From an uncultured Gammaproteobacteria bacterium (GTDB taxonomy: Bacteria > Pseudomonadota > Gammaproteobacteria > UBA9214): a DNA stretch of 64,000 nucleotides. The stretch lies in NCBI GenBank assembly GCA_963748215.1, contig CAVVHS010000006.1, positions 704,001-768,000 on the forward strand. Direction: 5' to 3'. The notes beneath the pieces were generated by a model. That model made no database searches. It was not told where the DNA came from and worked only from the letters and a program-made list of their open reading frames with translations. Position numbers and translations under genes: made by a program. Of this stretch, positions 19,693 through 29,599 are shown piece by piece. Position 1 is the first letter of the stretch. Each line of letters begins with the position of its first letter.

Positions 19693-20253
19693 TCAGGCAG
19701 CCTTGCGGCGGGCAACACCGACAAGACCCAGCAGGCCGGAACCAAACAGCCATACGGCAGCCGGTACCGGTACCGGGGTTACCTGGACCTGACCGGTGAC
19801 GTAGTCGACGGGAACATTGGCGCCGGCGACAGACCATCCGCCGAAGATATCTGCGAAGGTGATGTCCGTGGCGGATCCATCAGCACCGATGACATTGAAG
19901 CTGATATCAACAATATTGAAGTCCGATCCGAAGAAACCCACGCTGCGTCCAAGGAACACGAAATCCACTGTACCGGCTGCGGCGTTGAGGTCGCTAATAC
20001 TGACCGTATCCCAGTTCGGATCACTCACCACACTACCGGTGTACTGCAGCACGGTTGGGTCCCAGTTAAACGTGAAGGCGGCACCATCCACTGTATCCGT
20101 AAACAGCGTCCCCACAAGGTTCAGAGTCACTGACGGGGCCCCGCCGGTTAAAATCGGGTTGGGTTGTGTCAGCTGCACTGTATTGGCTGCGGCCTGCCCT
20201 GCTACCCCTAACATCACCAGTGAAGTCATGATTATCAAAAGCTTTTTATACAT
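19693..20253 (-). CDS. Cohesin-like domain protein with PEP-CTERM (VPLPA-CTERM) anchor
   Basis: Signal peptide, then a ~135-aa all-beta domain with a cohesin-like pattern (DGAAFTFNWDPTVLQY...AAGTVDF...IVDISFNVIGADGSATDITF...TGQVQV). C-terminus is VPVPAAVWLFGSGLLGLVGVARRK. Confidence 0.75.
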   Translation of the reverse strand: MYKKLLIIMTSLVMLGVAGQAAANTVQLTQPNPILTGGAPSVTLNLVGTLFTDTVDGAAFTFNWDPTVLQYTGSVVSDPNWDTVSISDLNAAAGTVDFVFLGRSVGFFGSDFNIVDISFNVIGADGSATDITFADIFGGWSVAGANVPVDYVTGQVQVTPVPVPAAVWLFGSGLLGLVGVARRKAA

Positions 20254-20397
20254 TGTCGTAGTCCTCTCCGTAAATTAAACACAATTATATTTTTTCCAGA
20301 TCTATTCTGGTTTGTTCCCCTACCGGCTGAATTGATACAAGCATCGCACCCAACCGCTTCCTGCTAATCGCAAGCTGCACTTGCTGCGGAATATGCA

Positions 20398-20413
20398 CGC
20401 ACATTGCATGCCA
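20398..20413 (-). promoter_or_regulatory. Sigma-54 promoter of the cohesin-PEP-CTERM gene
   Basis: Minus strand TGGCATGCAATGTGCG fits GG-N10-GC. Upstream TGTAAGCTCTGCCGACG and TGTTAAAAATTCCGACG look like paired enhancer boxes. Confidence 0.55.
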
Positions 20414-21024
20414 ACACACAATTCACGATAATTATCAGACACATATGCTACTTGATCCGGAAAGCCATCTGGAATCAATACACTGACTGTAAGCTCTGCC
20501 GACGACGCGTGAACCAGGCATGCCGCCGCGAAAAAATTACAACATACTGTTTACATGAGATATTTACTTAAAGATCGGCCGCAGACACCCGAGCGGCTTT
20601 GTGTTAAAAATTCCGACGCCCGGCACGGGCTGGCTTCACCTCGCCCGCTGCCCGTGCATGGCTGAGTCCTGCTCATGACCGGGTAAACACCGGACATGTG
20701 ACCGGAAACACGCTGACTTGCCGGATAAGGCGGTGGTGCAGGATTCGACCCGCAACTGGCTGTGATTTGTCAGTAGGTTCTTCATCCGGGACTGATCTAG
20801 GAAGCTGGTCGCTCCCGGCATGGCCCAGGCCAGTCTCTCGACCCGGGCGATGCCCGTAATAGTGGCTCACCTTCTCCCTGTACATCGCGTGTAGGGGTAC
20901 ACGAGAACCAGCCAGTGCCGGGACAGGTACCGCCCATTGACATGATGTTTCGTGCCGAAGGGGTAATAGTTTTCTGGTTTCAGCTCTTTAGGTCGGGTAT
21001 TCGCCGCCCGGTGAGTCATGCGGG

Positions 21025-23775
21025 CTAGGGCAGCACGCCGGCAGGCCCGGGCGGCTGGCCCAGCAGGGCCTTGGTCAGGGTGAAATCGCTTGGATCGATG
21101 ATGCTGTTACCGTTCAGATCCTGATCCGGATGCCCTGACAGCCCGATGACGCTCTTCAGTTTCGTGAAATCGCTCGGATCAACGATCCCGTTCTGGTTGA
21201 AATCCGCATCACAGATGTTGCCAAATCCATCCCCGTCAGTATCCCGCTGGCTGTTCCCGCCGGCATCCGGCAGGATGGGACCATTCGCCACCAGGGTGCA
21301 GTTGTCACAGGCATCGCCGGCCCCGTCCCCGTCGGCATCCGCCTGGCGCGGATTCGTCGTGGCGGCACAATTGTCGCAGCCATCCGGAATGCCATCGCCG
21401 TCGGAATCCGCCCCACCGGTGGGACAACCCAGCAGGTTGTTGTAGGCCGCGACGACATCGATCAGGCCGTAGCCGTAATCGTTATCCGGCCCAGGATCGC
21501 CGAGGTCCCGGGCGGTATTGATCAGCACCGCCTCCAGGTGGGGTACGGTGGTGTCCGGGAAGGCGCTCAGTAGCAGGGCCATGGCACCGGAGACATGGGG
21601 TGCGGCGAACGAGGTACCGGAAACCGGCGGAAACACAACGGTGGGATTGCCGCCACTGGACAGATCGGTGGTTATGAGCTGATCACCCGGGGCCACGACC
21701 TCGGCGAAGACCGTGCTGTCGCACGTCGACGGCCCGCGACTGCTGTAAGACGCGACCGTGAGACCTTGATCCACGGCCCCGACGGCATAGCCTTCGGGAT
21801 TGTTGCCGGGGCTGATATCCGACTGCGGCCCCAGGGCACCGCGGTTTCCCGCCGCGAACACCACGGCAATGCCGGCCGCCTTGAGGATCTGGATATCGGT
21901 CTGAAACACGGTCTCACACAAGCCCGGCTGCAGTTCGAAGCCCCAGGAATTGTTCACCACATCGGGGGCGTCATCGGTGGCGGGATTACCGTCGGGATCG
22001 AGGACCCACTGGAAGGCCAGGGTGAAATCACTGAGACTGGCGTTACCGAAGTCGTCCCAGACTTTGGCGGCAATCCATTTCGCGCCCGGGGCCATACCAA
22101 TGGCTTTCAGCTCCTGATTGGCATCGCCACCCACCATCAGGCCCATGGTACGCGTGCCGTGGCCGGCGGCGTCAAAGGGTGTGAGGTACTGGCCATGCAC
22201 ATCGAACCAGCTGTTGCTGCCACCGCGCCAGCGCGGTGCCAGGTCCGGGTGATTCACATCGACCCCGGTGTCAATGCTGGCCACGACAGTGCCCTGACCG
22301 ATGTGGCCCATGGCCCACAGGTCGGGGGCGCCGGTGGCGGTGATATTCCACGTTGGAATGCTGGCAGGCGCCTCGTTGTCCAAAATCGTGCCCAGGCCAG
22401 TGGCGTCCACAAGGATGCCATTGACTGGATTGCTCAGGGTGACATTGAAAAGCTCATCGCCCTCGATCAACGCATCTTCCAGAACGGATACGGGAATCGT
22501 CCCGCTGGCCGCACTCGGCGCGAGCACCAGCTGCCCCGTCGCCGCCGTGTAGTCGGCGCCGGCACTGGCGGTTGCGTCGCTCGTGGCAAAATCCACCGTG
22601 ACTTCCGGCCCGGTGAGACCCGCACGGGTCACGGTAAACACCGCAGTGCCGGCCGCCTCGTCGACCGTCACGTCGTCGATGCCGAGGCGTGGCGTATCGT
22701 TATCGGTAATGGTAGCCGTGCCGACGGCATCGAGCAGTGTACCGATACTCAGGTTGCCGAGCGTGACGTCGAAGGTCTCGTCGCCCTCGATATCCACATC
22801 GTCCACGATGGGTACCTCGACCGTCCGGCTGGTCTCGCCCAGTGCGAAGCTCAGCTGACCCGTGACTGCGGTGTAGTCGTTTCCGGCAGCGGCGGTCCCG
22901 TCGCTGGTGGCAAAGTCCACCGTGACTGCCGTGGTGAGGCCAACCAGACGGCTGACGGTGAACAGCGCAGTGCCTGCCCCCTCGTCCACCGTCACGTCGT
23001 CGATGCTGAGGCGGGGTGTATCGTTATCGATAATGGTGCCGGTGGCGGTGAGCGTGCCGGACGGCGTGGTGATCGTGGCACCGACCGCATTGCTCAGGGT
23101 GAGAAAAAAGGTTTCGTCGCTTTCAATGTCGAGATCTTCCAGGATGGATACCGGGATCGTGCGGCTGGTCTGGCCCGGAAAAAAAGTCAGGTTGAAGTTG
23201 AGCGCGACATAATCTGCGCCTGCCGTGGCAGTATCATTTACCGTGGTGTAGTCCACCGTCACGGTGACGGCGCTGGCCTCCGACAGGGTCACCGTGAACA
23301 CGGCGCTGCCGCCTTCATTGACGCTGACGTCACCGATGGTCAGTTCGGGCACGGCGGCCGCCATCACGGGCAGCGGCACAGGTTCATCCAGTTTTATACT
23401 TTCGACGGCGGGAAAGTGACTCAGTGTACTGATGACTGACGCCGGCAACGTGGCCGCCACACCATTGATCAGCCACAGGCGCTTGATGTTCGAGATACCA
23501 CGGGCAGCGAAAAAGGTCTCCAGCCCGCGCTGGCCGAGGTTGGCTTGCTGTTTAAGTGCGGCAACGATCCTGCGGCGGCGCAGGCTGGCATCCCGATCCC
23601 TGAAGCGACTCAAATCGGCGCGGTCGGACAGGACGATGATGACAGGAAACCGGTCGGTCCCGGCCGCGCCAGCCAGCGCCGTCTGCAGCTTGGGATCCAG
23701 GGTCGCAGACCGGGCAGCGGTGCTGCAGAAGCAGAAACTGCCCGCGAGCAGGCAAACCAGCAGGGGCATGTTCAT
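21025..23775 (-). CDS. Secreted S8 subtilase with three Calx-beta domains and a C-terminal TSP3-dockerin-like module
   Basis: Catalytic motifs SIDTGVD, GHGTRTMG and SGTSFAAPHV; an I9-like propeptide; tail DFNQNGIVDPSDF...DLNGNSIIDPSDF...PGPAGVLP. Start set at MNMPLLVCLL (signal peptide). Confidence 0.88.
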   Translation of the reverse strand: MNMPLLVCLLAGSFCFCSTAARSATLDPKLQTALAGAAGTDRFPVIIVLSDRADLSRFRDRDASLRRRRIVAALKQQANLGQRGLETFFAARGISNIKRLWLINGVAATLPASVISTLSHFPAVESIKLDEPVPLPVMAAAVPELTIGDVSVNEGGSAVFTVTLSEASAVTVTVDYTTVNDTATAGADYVALNFNLTFFPGQTSRTIPVSILEDLDIESDETFFLTLSNAVGATITTPSGTLTATGTIIDNDTPRLSIDDVTVDEGAGTALFTVSRLVGLTTAVTVDFATSDGTAAAGNDYTAVTGQLSFALGETSRTVEVPIVDDVDIEGDETFDVTLGNLSIGTLLDAVGTATITDNDTPRLGIDDVTVDEAAGTAVFTVTRAGLTGPEVTVDFATSDATASAGADYTAATGQLVLAPSAASGTIPVSVLEDALIEGDELFNVTLSNPVNGILVDATGLGTILDNEAPASIPTWNITATGAPDLWAMGHIGQGTVVASIDTGVDVNHPDLAPRWRGGSNSWFDVHGQYLTPFDAAGHGTRTMGLMVGGDANQELKAIGMAPGAKWIAAKVWDDFGNASLSDFTLAFQWVLDPDGNPATDDAPDVVNNSWGFELQPGLCETVFQTDIQILKAAGIAVVFAAGNRGALGPQSDISPGNNPEGYAVGAVDQGLTVASYSSRGPSTCDSTVFAEVVAPGDQLITTDLSSGGNPTVVFPPVSGTSFAAPHVSGAMALLLSAFPDTTVPHLEAVLINTARDLGDPGPDNDYGYGLIDVVAAYNNLLGCPTGGADSDGDGIPDGCDNCAATTNPRQADADGDGAGDACDNCTLVANGPILPDAGGNSQRDTDGDGFGNICDADFNQNGIVDPSDFTKLKSVIGLSGHPDQDLNGNSIIDPSDFTLTKALLGQPPGPAGVLP

Positions 23776-24056
23776 TCTTGTTATCAGTCCGAGCATAGGT
23801 ACACTCAAGCAGCAGCCGGTGCTATTGTCAATTCGACTCTGGCTTACCGTGAGATGCTCGACCCTGAATTCCCCGATCACCAGTGTGACTTTATCCCCGC
23901 GCTGCACGCGCCGATCGGGATGGGAGAACCTCATGCCAGAGGCAAATCGCCCCCGCCTCGTCCAGGCCCGGAGTCATGCTGCTGACTCTGCCCGGATGCT
24001 CCTGGAACCCCTTTGACTATCCCGCCAGGCCAGTGAATGTATCCTGCATGCTCAAA

Positions 24057-24072
24057 GGCAGAATGCGTTCCA
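24057..24072 (-). promoter_or_regulatory. Possible sigma-54 promoter for the subtilase
   Basis: Minus strand TGGAACGCATTCTGCC fits GG-N10-GC but is an imperfect consensus match. Confidence 0.35.
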
Positions 24073-24388
24073 CGCGCATCAAAAAAACACTGCAATGTCT
24101 GAACCTGGCCAATATATGTGTGCATTCACTCAGCAAGTTAGACAACAGGCGGGACTGAAGCGGCAACAGCCGGCATCCGGCAGCCGGGCTTGATCTTCTT
24201 TCACTATTAAGATTAACTTGTTACAACAAAATACTGATAAAACGCCTGGAAGCGGCCGGTCACTATAAAGTCATTCAGCCGCCCACAGATTTTTCTTGGC
24301 CCGCATCTTAACCATCAACAGCAGGCATACTGTGGAGCATCCACAGGCACGGAGTCCCGGGACGCTAGTCTTCATTAAGAGGTGCAAA

Positions 24389-26110
24389 ATGGCAGTGGCA
24401 ACAAACGAGCTCCTCAGCGCGAACGACCGGGATCTTGGCGAACGACTGGTCGCGTCTGGCAAACTCACCCGCGGTGATCTCGAACGCACCGTCCAGATCC
24501 AGCGCGGGACACGGGAACGGCTGGATTCATTGCTGGTCCGTTCGGGCCTGGTATCCGAACAGGACGCTGCGCAGGCGCTCGCCGAGCAGCTGTCACGGCC
24601 GCTGACAGGGCCCGCCGACTATCCGGATTTCCCACTGCTCGAAGAGCAGCTCTCGGTGAAGTTTCTCAAGCACCACAAGATCGTGCCCCTGTCCTGTGAC
24701 GACGAGCAGCTGGTGGTCGCCATGGCCGATGCGCGCGACAGCTACGCAGTCAATGCGCTGGAACTGGTCAGCGCGCGGCAGGTCGTGCCGTGGGTGGGCC
24801 TGCCCTCGGAGATCGATACCGCACTGGAACATCTCTACGGCGCCGGCAAGACCCAGATGGCGCGCATTGTTGACGACCTCGCCGAGGCCAGTGAAGAGAC
24901 CACCACGCAGGAGCAGATCGCCCAGCTCCGGGACCTGGCCAGCGAGGGACCCGTTATCCGCCTGGTAAATCTGCTGGTCGAACATGCCGTGGAAGCCCGG
25001 GCATCGGACATACATGTCGAACCCTTCGAACACAAGTTGCGCGTTCGCTACCGTCTGGATGGCATGCTGCAGGAAGTCGAGGCGCCCCCGGCGCGCCTGT
25101 CTGCGGCGGTCATCTCCCGCATCAAGATCATGGCAAAACTGGACATCGCGGAACGCCGTTTGCCGCAGGATGGACGCATTCGGCTGCGGGTACGCGGCAG
25201 CAGTGTGGATCTGCGTGTATCGACGCTGCCAACCATGCACGGCGAAAGCGTGGTAATGCGGCTGCTGTACAAGGACAATGCAACACACGACTTCAGGAGC
25301 CTTGGTTTCGATGACGAGATCCTCGAGATCTTCCTGAAGACCGTGCGCATGCCGAACGGCATCGTGCTGGTAACCGGCCCGACCGGCAGCGGCAAGACGA
25401 CCACCCTGTACGCGGCGCTGACCTTGCTCAACGATCCCGCCCGCAAAATCATTACCGTCGAGGACCCGATCGAGTACGAGCTGACGGGCATCAACCAGAT
25501 CCAGGTGAAATCACAGATCGGCCTGACCTTCGCCAACACCCTGCGTTCCATCGTGCGCCAGGACCCGGACGTGATCATGATCGGCGAAATGCGTGATCTC
25601 GAAACAGCGGAGATAGCCGTCCAGTCGGCCCTGACCGGTCATCTGGTGCTGTCCACATTGCACACCAACGACGCGGCAGGCAGCGTCACCCGCATGCTGG
25701 ACATGGGCCTGAAGGAGTACCTGGTGACGTCCGTACTCAACGGTGTGCTTGCCCAGCGCCTGGTGCGCAGGCTCTGTCAGCAGTGCCGCCGGGCCTACCA
25801 GCCGTTACCGGAACTGATCGAGCAGACCCGGCTGGACCGGCTGGCGGCGGGGAAACCGATCGAACTCTACGAAGCCGTCGGCTGCGAGCACTGCCGCGGC
25901 ACCGGGTACCAGGGCCGCACCACGATCATGGAAATGCTGGTGATGTCCGACCAGATCCGCAGCATGATACTGCAGCATGCCGATGCACGTGATATCGCCA
26001 GGGCCGCCATTGCGGCAGGTATGCGCACGATGTACGAGGACGGTCTGCGCAAGGTGCTTGCCGGCGAGACCACCCTGGGCGAGGTGTTGCGGGTTACCCA
26101 GGAGACCTAG
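24389..26110 (+). CDS. gspE: Type II secretion ATPase GspE
   Basis: ASDIHVEP, LDIAERRLPQDGRI, Walker A GPTGSGKTT, RQDPDVIMIGEMRD and a tetra-Cys motif. RBS precedes ATG 24389. Confidence 0.95.
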   Translation: MAVATNELLSANDRDLGERLVASGKLTRGDLERTVQIQRGTRERLDSLLVRSGLVSEQDAAQALAEQLSRPLTGPADYPDFPLLEEQLSVKFLKHHKIVPLSCDDEQLVVAMADARDSYAVNALELVSARQVVPWVGLPSEIDTALEHLYGAGKTQMARIVDDLAEASEETTTQEQIAQLRDLASEGPVIRLVNLLVEHAVEARASDIHVEPFEHKLRVRYRLDGMLQEVEAPPARLSAAVISRIKIMAKLDIAERRLPQDGRIRLRVRGSSVDLRVSTLPTMHGESVVMRLLYKDNATHDFRSLGFDDEILEIFLKTVRMPNGIVLVTGPTGSGKTTTLYAALTLLNDPARKIITVEDPIEYELTGINQIQVKSQIGLTFANTLRSIVRQDPDVIMIGEMRDLETAEIAVQSALTGHLVLSTLHTNDAAGSVTRMLDMGLKEYLVTSVLNGVLAQRLVRRLCQQCRRAYQPLPELIEQTRLDRLAAGKPIELYEAVGCEHCRGTGYQGRTTIMEMLVMSDQIRSMILQHADARDIARAAIAAGMRTMYEDGLRKVLAGETTLGEVLRVTQET

Positions 26111-26236
26111 CCCGCCGTTCTCGCCGGGTGATTAAAAGTGACTTCAGGGAATCAAAGCGTGAAAGGAATACAATTACGCCAACCAGGCGCATGTCAACGG
26201 ACACAGCCCGTCCCAAAGAGACGTCCGGGCTAGTCC

Positions 26237-27466
26237 ATGCCACGGTTTCGCTACAAGGCGGTGGGCGAGGACGGCCAGCTGATCCAGGGTGAGCTGCAGG
26301 CACCCAGCCACGAGGCGGTTATCGACTGGCTCCAGGACCACGGACACACTCCGATTCGGGCGGTCGAGAGCGGTGCGGCCAAGGACACCCTCCCAAGCAG
26401 CGCCGCGCCGCGCCTGCCGCGCCCGCTGCAAAAACGTCGCAAGGTGGACATAGGCCATTTCACCCGCGACCTGAGCACCTTGCTGGCTGCAGGTCTACAG
26501 CTGGAAAGAGCACTGCAGATACTTGCTGAAATGGCAGAGGACACGAACACCGCCGGGCTGTTGTCACGCCTGCTCGATGAAATCCGTGAAGGTGCATCCC
26601 TGGCAGCCGCCATGGAGGCGCAACAGGGCGTATTCAGCAAGTTCTATCTCAACATGGTTCGGGCCGGTGAGGCCGGTGGTGCAGTAGAAACGGTGCTGGG
26701 CCGGCTCGCGGTGTTTATGGAGCAGTACGATGAGCTCAAGTCCAGCATCAAGTCCGCACTCATCTATCCCAGCATCCTGATCACCATCACCGTGGCCTCG
26801 GTAATCATACTCGTCGTCTTTGTGGTCCCGCAGTTCGCCGCGCTGTTCGAGGACATGGGACAGGAATTACCCCTGCCGACCCGGATCGTCATCGGGTTCG
26901 GGGAAGCCTTTCAGAAATACGGCCTGGTAGCTGCCCTGCTGGTGAGCGTGTTGATCTACCTGCTGCGGCGCCAGCTCGCGAAGCCGCAGTTCAGATACCG
27001 CTGGGACAAGTGGCTGCTGGGCCTGCCGCTACTGGGCGAGCTGATCACCAAGATCGAAGTCACGGTGTTTGCACGCACGCTGGGCACGTTACTGGCGAGC
27101 GGTGTACCGATGCTGACGGCGCTCGGCATCGTGAAGGAGACACACACCAATCGGCTACTGCGCCAGGCTGTGGAATCGATCGCGGACAACGTGGAGCAAG
27201 GTCAGGGTCTGGCCGGGCCGATGCTGGAAACCGGCCGCTTTCCCCGCCTCGCCTCGCATCTGGTCCAGGTCGGGGAGGAAACCGGCCAGCTGGAGCAGAC
27301 CCTGAATCGTCTCGCGGATATCTACGACCGCGAGGTGACCATCTCCATCCAGCGCATGCTGGCGCTGGTGGAGCCGGTCCTGATTATCGGGCTAGGAATT
27401 GTCGTCGGGGGTATTATCATGTCGATTCTCGTCGCTGTACTGAGCGTGAATGACCTGGCCTTCTGA
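26237..27466 (+). CDS. gspF: Type II secretion inner-membrane platform GspF
   Basis: MVRAGEAGG, ALIYP, VGEETGQLE, LVEPVLII; three TM segments. Confidence 0.95.
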   Translation: MPRFRYKAVGEDGQLIQGELQAPSHEAVIDWLQDHGHTPIRAVESGAAKDTLPSSAAPRLPRPLQKRRKVDIGHFTRDLSTLLAAGLQLERALQILAEMAEDTNTAGLLSRLLDEIREGASLAAAMEAQQGVFSKFYLNMVRAGEAGGAVETVLGRLAVFMEQYDELKSSIKSALIYPSILITITVASVIILVVFVVPQFAALFEDMGQELPLPTRIVIGFGEAFQKYGLVAALLVSVLIYLLRRQLAKPQFRYRWDKWLLGLPLLGELITKIEVTVFARTLGTLLASGVPMLTALGIVKETHTNRLLRQAVESIADNVEQGQGLAGPMLETGRFPRLASHLVQVGEETGQLEQTLNRLADIYDREVTISIQRMLALVEPVLIIGLGIVVGGIIMSILVAVLSVNDLAF

Positions 27467-27548
27467 CCCTGCCTGCAGCGCCGTGCCGCACACGGGCCCG
27501 ATAACACAACGTTGCAAAGCTCGAACCATAAACAACTCCGGAAACTCT

Positions 27549-27989
27549 ATGAAAGCCCAACACAACAGACATACCCGACCCGACACCCGCGGCTTTACCC
27601 TGATCGAACTGCTGGTCGTACTGGTGATACTCAGCATGCTGGCCGGTCTGGTCGGGCCGCGCATCATGAAATATGTCGGTGAATCCAAGACCAAGACAGC
27701 CCGCCTGCAGATCCAGGAACTCGGTGCGGCCATCGATCTCTACCACCTGGACGTCGGGCGTTATCCGAGCAGTGAACAGGGGCTGAATGCCCTGCTCGAG
27801 AAACCGGCGGATGCCGAGCACTGGAACGGGCCCTACCTCAAGAAGAACAAGACACCGCAGGATCCCTGGGGCTTTGACTATCACTTCGAATCGCCGGGCA
27901 CGAATGGTCCTGTTGACCTGTACTCACTCGGCGCCGACAACGCGCAGGGTGGCACGGGCGAGAACCAGGACATCAACAGCTGGGAGTAA
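27549..27989 (+). CDS. gspG: Major pseudopilin GspG
   Basis: G|FTLIELLVV prepilin site; YPSSEQGLNAL...WNGPYL...DPWG...SLGAD. Confidence 0.95.
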   Translation: MKAQHNRHTRPDTRGFTLIELLVVLVILSMLAGLVGPRIMKYVGESKTKTARLQIQELGAAIDLYHLDVGRYPSSEQGLNALLEKPADAEHWNGPYLKKNKTPQDPWGFDYHFESPGTNGPVDLYSLGADNAQGGTGENQDINSWE

Positions 27990-27995
27990 GGGTGC

Positions 27996-28499
27996 ATGAA
28001 TGCTCGCCGCATGCGCAAACACCCGGGTGCCGGACGGCAGGCGACCCGCGGCGCAGCGCCCCAGCCGCAGTCCGGTTTCACGCTGATTGAACTGCTGGTC
28101 GTCATACTCATCGCAACGCTGCTCATTGCCACGGTCCCGCCGCTGTTCACGGGCAGCATCTCCGGCGCAGAATCACGTGCCGCAGCGCGCCAGCTTGCCA
28201 CCGCTTTGCGAGCCGTGCGTGGCCAGGCCATCGCGCAGCATCAGGAGACCGCCCTTCTGCTCGACCTCGACCAGCGGCGCTACCGAATCTCCGCAGCAGA
28301 GCGCGAGTTCCAGCTGGACAAGGACCTCGCCCTTACCCTCACCATTGCCCGCGGACAGGTCCTGGAACAGAACCTGGGCAGTATCCGTTTCTTCCCGGAC
28401 GGGAGTTCGAGTGGCGGGCGCATCAAACTGGCCAGTGACAGGCACGCGTATGTGATCGATGTCGACTGGCTCACGGGCAAGATCGAGCTGCATGACTGA
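27996..28499 (+). CDS. gspH: Minor pseudopilin GspH
   Basis: G|FTLIELLVV; IRFFPDGSSSGGRI...VDWLTGKI. Confidence 0.9.
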   Translation: MNARRMRKHPGAGRQATRGAAPQPQSGFTLIELLVVILIATLLIATVPPLFTGSISGAESRAAARQLATALRAVRGQAIAQHQETALLLDLDQRRYRISAAEREFQLDKDLALTLTIARGQVLEQNLGSIRFFPDGSSSGGRIKLASDRHAYVIDVDWLTGKIELHD

Positions 28500-28899
28500 A
28501 ATCAGGCACTCTCCTCGCAGAGACAGGGGGTTCTCGCTGCTGGAGGTACTGGTGGCCTTTGCCATTCTCGCCATTTCCCTGGGAACGCTGTTTGCCCTGT
28601 TTTCCACCGGATTCAGAAACGTTGACGTGGCCCGGGATTACAACCGCGCCGTGATCATGGCCGAATCGAAGCTTGCGGAAATTGACGCGACGCAAACGCT
28701 GACAGCGGGTGTATACGAAGGTGAATTCGACCCGCGCTATCGCTGGAGTGCGGAAGTAAGCGAATATCTGGCAGACGACGCGGCAACCCGGCCGGCGTTG
28801 CAACTGCGCATCTACCGGGTGACGGTGACGGTGTCCTGGGGCGAGTCGCCGCGCCCCCGATCGGTGGTCCTGACCACCCTGAGGACTACGAGTGGCTAG
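28492..28899 (+). CDS. gspI: Minor pseudopilin GspI
   Basis: G|FSLLEVLVAFAILA; operon position. Confidence 0.9.
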   Translation: MTEIRHSPRRDRGFSLLEVLVAFAILAISLGTLFALFSTGFRNVDVARDYNRAVIMAESKLAEIDATQTLTAGVYEGEFDPRYRWSAEVSEYLADDAATRPALQLRIYRVTVTVSWGESPRPRSVVLTTLRTTSG

Positions 28900-29599
28900 C
28901 CCGTGTTGCGCTCGCGGACCAGCGACCGACAACAACGCCCTGCGGACGGGTCGTCGCCACCGCATGACCTCCCCGGCTGTTTCCGCAGCCCGGGGTTTTA
29001 CGCTGCTGGAGCTGATCATTGCCATCACCCTGTCCGGCCTGATCATGGTGCTCGCATTCAGTGCGATGCGACTGGCCATCAGCAGCTGGCGCACCGTGGA
29101 GTCCGTCGATGCCAGCCTGGAAGAACTCCAGGTGGTGCAGGGATTTCTACGCCGCCAGCTCGAGCAGGCCAGGAGCATGACCCGCACCAACCAGTCGGAG
29201 CAGAACACCACGCTGAAAGGCAATGCACGCGCCCTGAATTTCATCGCCCCGATGCCGGGCAGCCGGCTCGGTGTCTGGGGCCTGTACCGGTTCACTCTGG
29301 CCTTCGTCCCGGTGGATTCCGGTACGAATCTGCAAATCACGTACTGGCTGGCCTTGCCGCCGGCGGATCCGGACCGGATTGCCGGTGAGGCACAGACCCG
29401 AATCCTGCTCAGGGACCTCGAATCCGGTGCCTTTTCCTACTATGGCACGCCGACGGCCAAGGAGCCGGCGACATGGCACGATGAATGGGCCAGCGATGCG
29501 TCATTGCCCCAGCTGGTCAGGGTGCGGCTGCTCAGCCGGGACAAGGCAAACTACTGGCCGGACCTCATCATACCCGTCCATGCGCGGGGTAATGGCTGA
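28892..29599 (+). CDS. gspJ: Minor pseudopilin GspJ
   Basis: G|FTLLELIIA; C-terminal LPQLVRV...WPDLII. The true start may be 28964. Confidence 0.9.
   Translation: MASPCCARGPATDNNALRTGRRHRMTSPAVSAARGFTLLELIIAITLSGLIMVLAFSAMRLAISSWRTVESVDASLEELQVVQGFLRRQLEQARSMTRTNQSEQNTTLKGNARALNFIAPMPGSRLGVWGLYRFTLAFVPVDSGTNLQITYWLALPPADPDRIAGEAQTRILLRDLESGAFSYYGTPTAKEPATWHDEWASDASLPQLVRVRLLSRDKANYWPDLIIPVHARGNG

Noticed and set aside
20636-21000. Short ORFs between the cohesin gene and the subtilase
   Set aside because: No recognisable motif or convincing RBS; possibly a decayed fragment, but not supportable.
23776-23934. N-terminal extension of the subtilase ORF
   Set aside because: It precedes the signal peptide and looks like a remnant of another gene.
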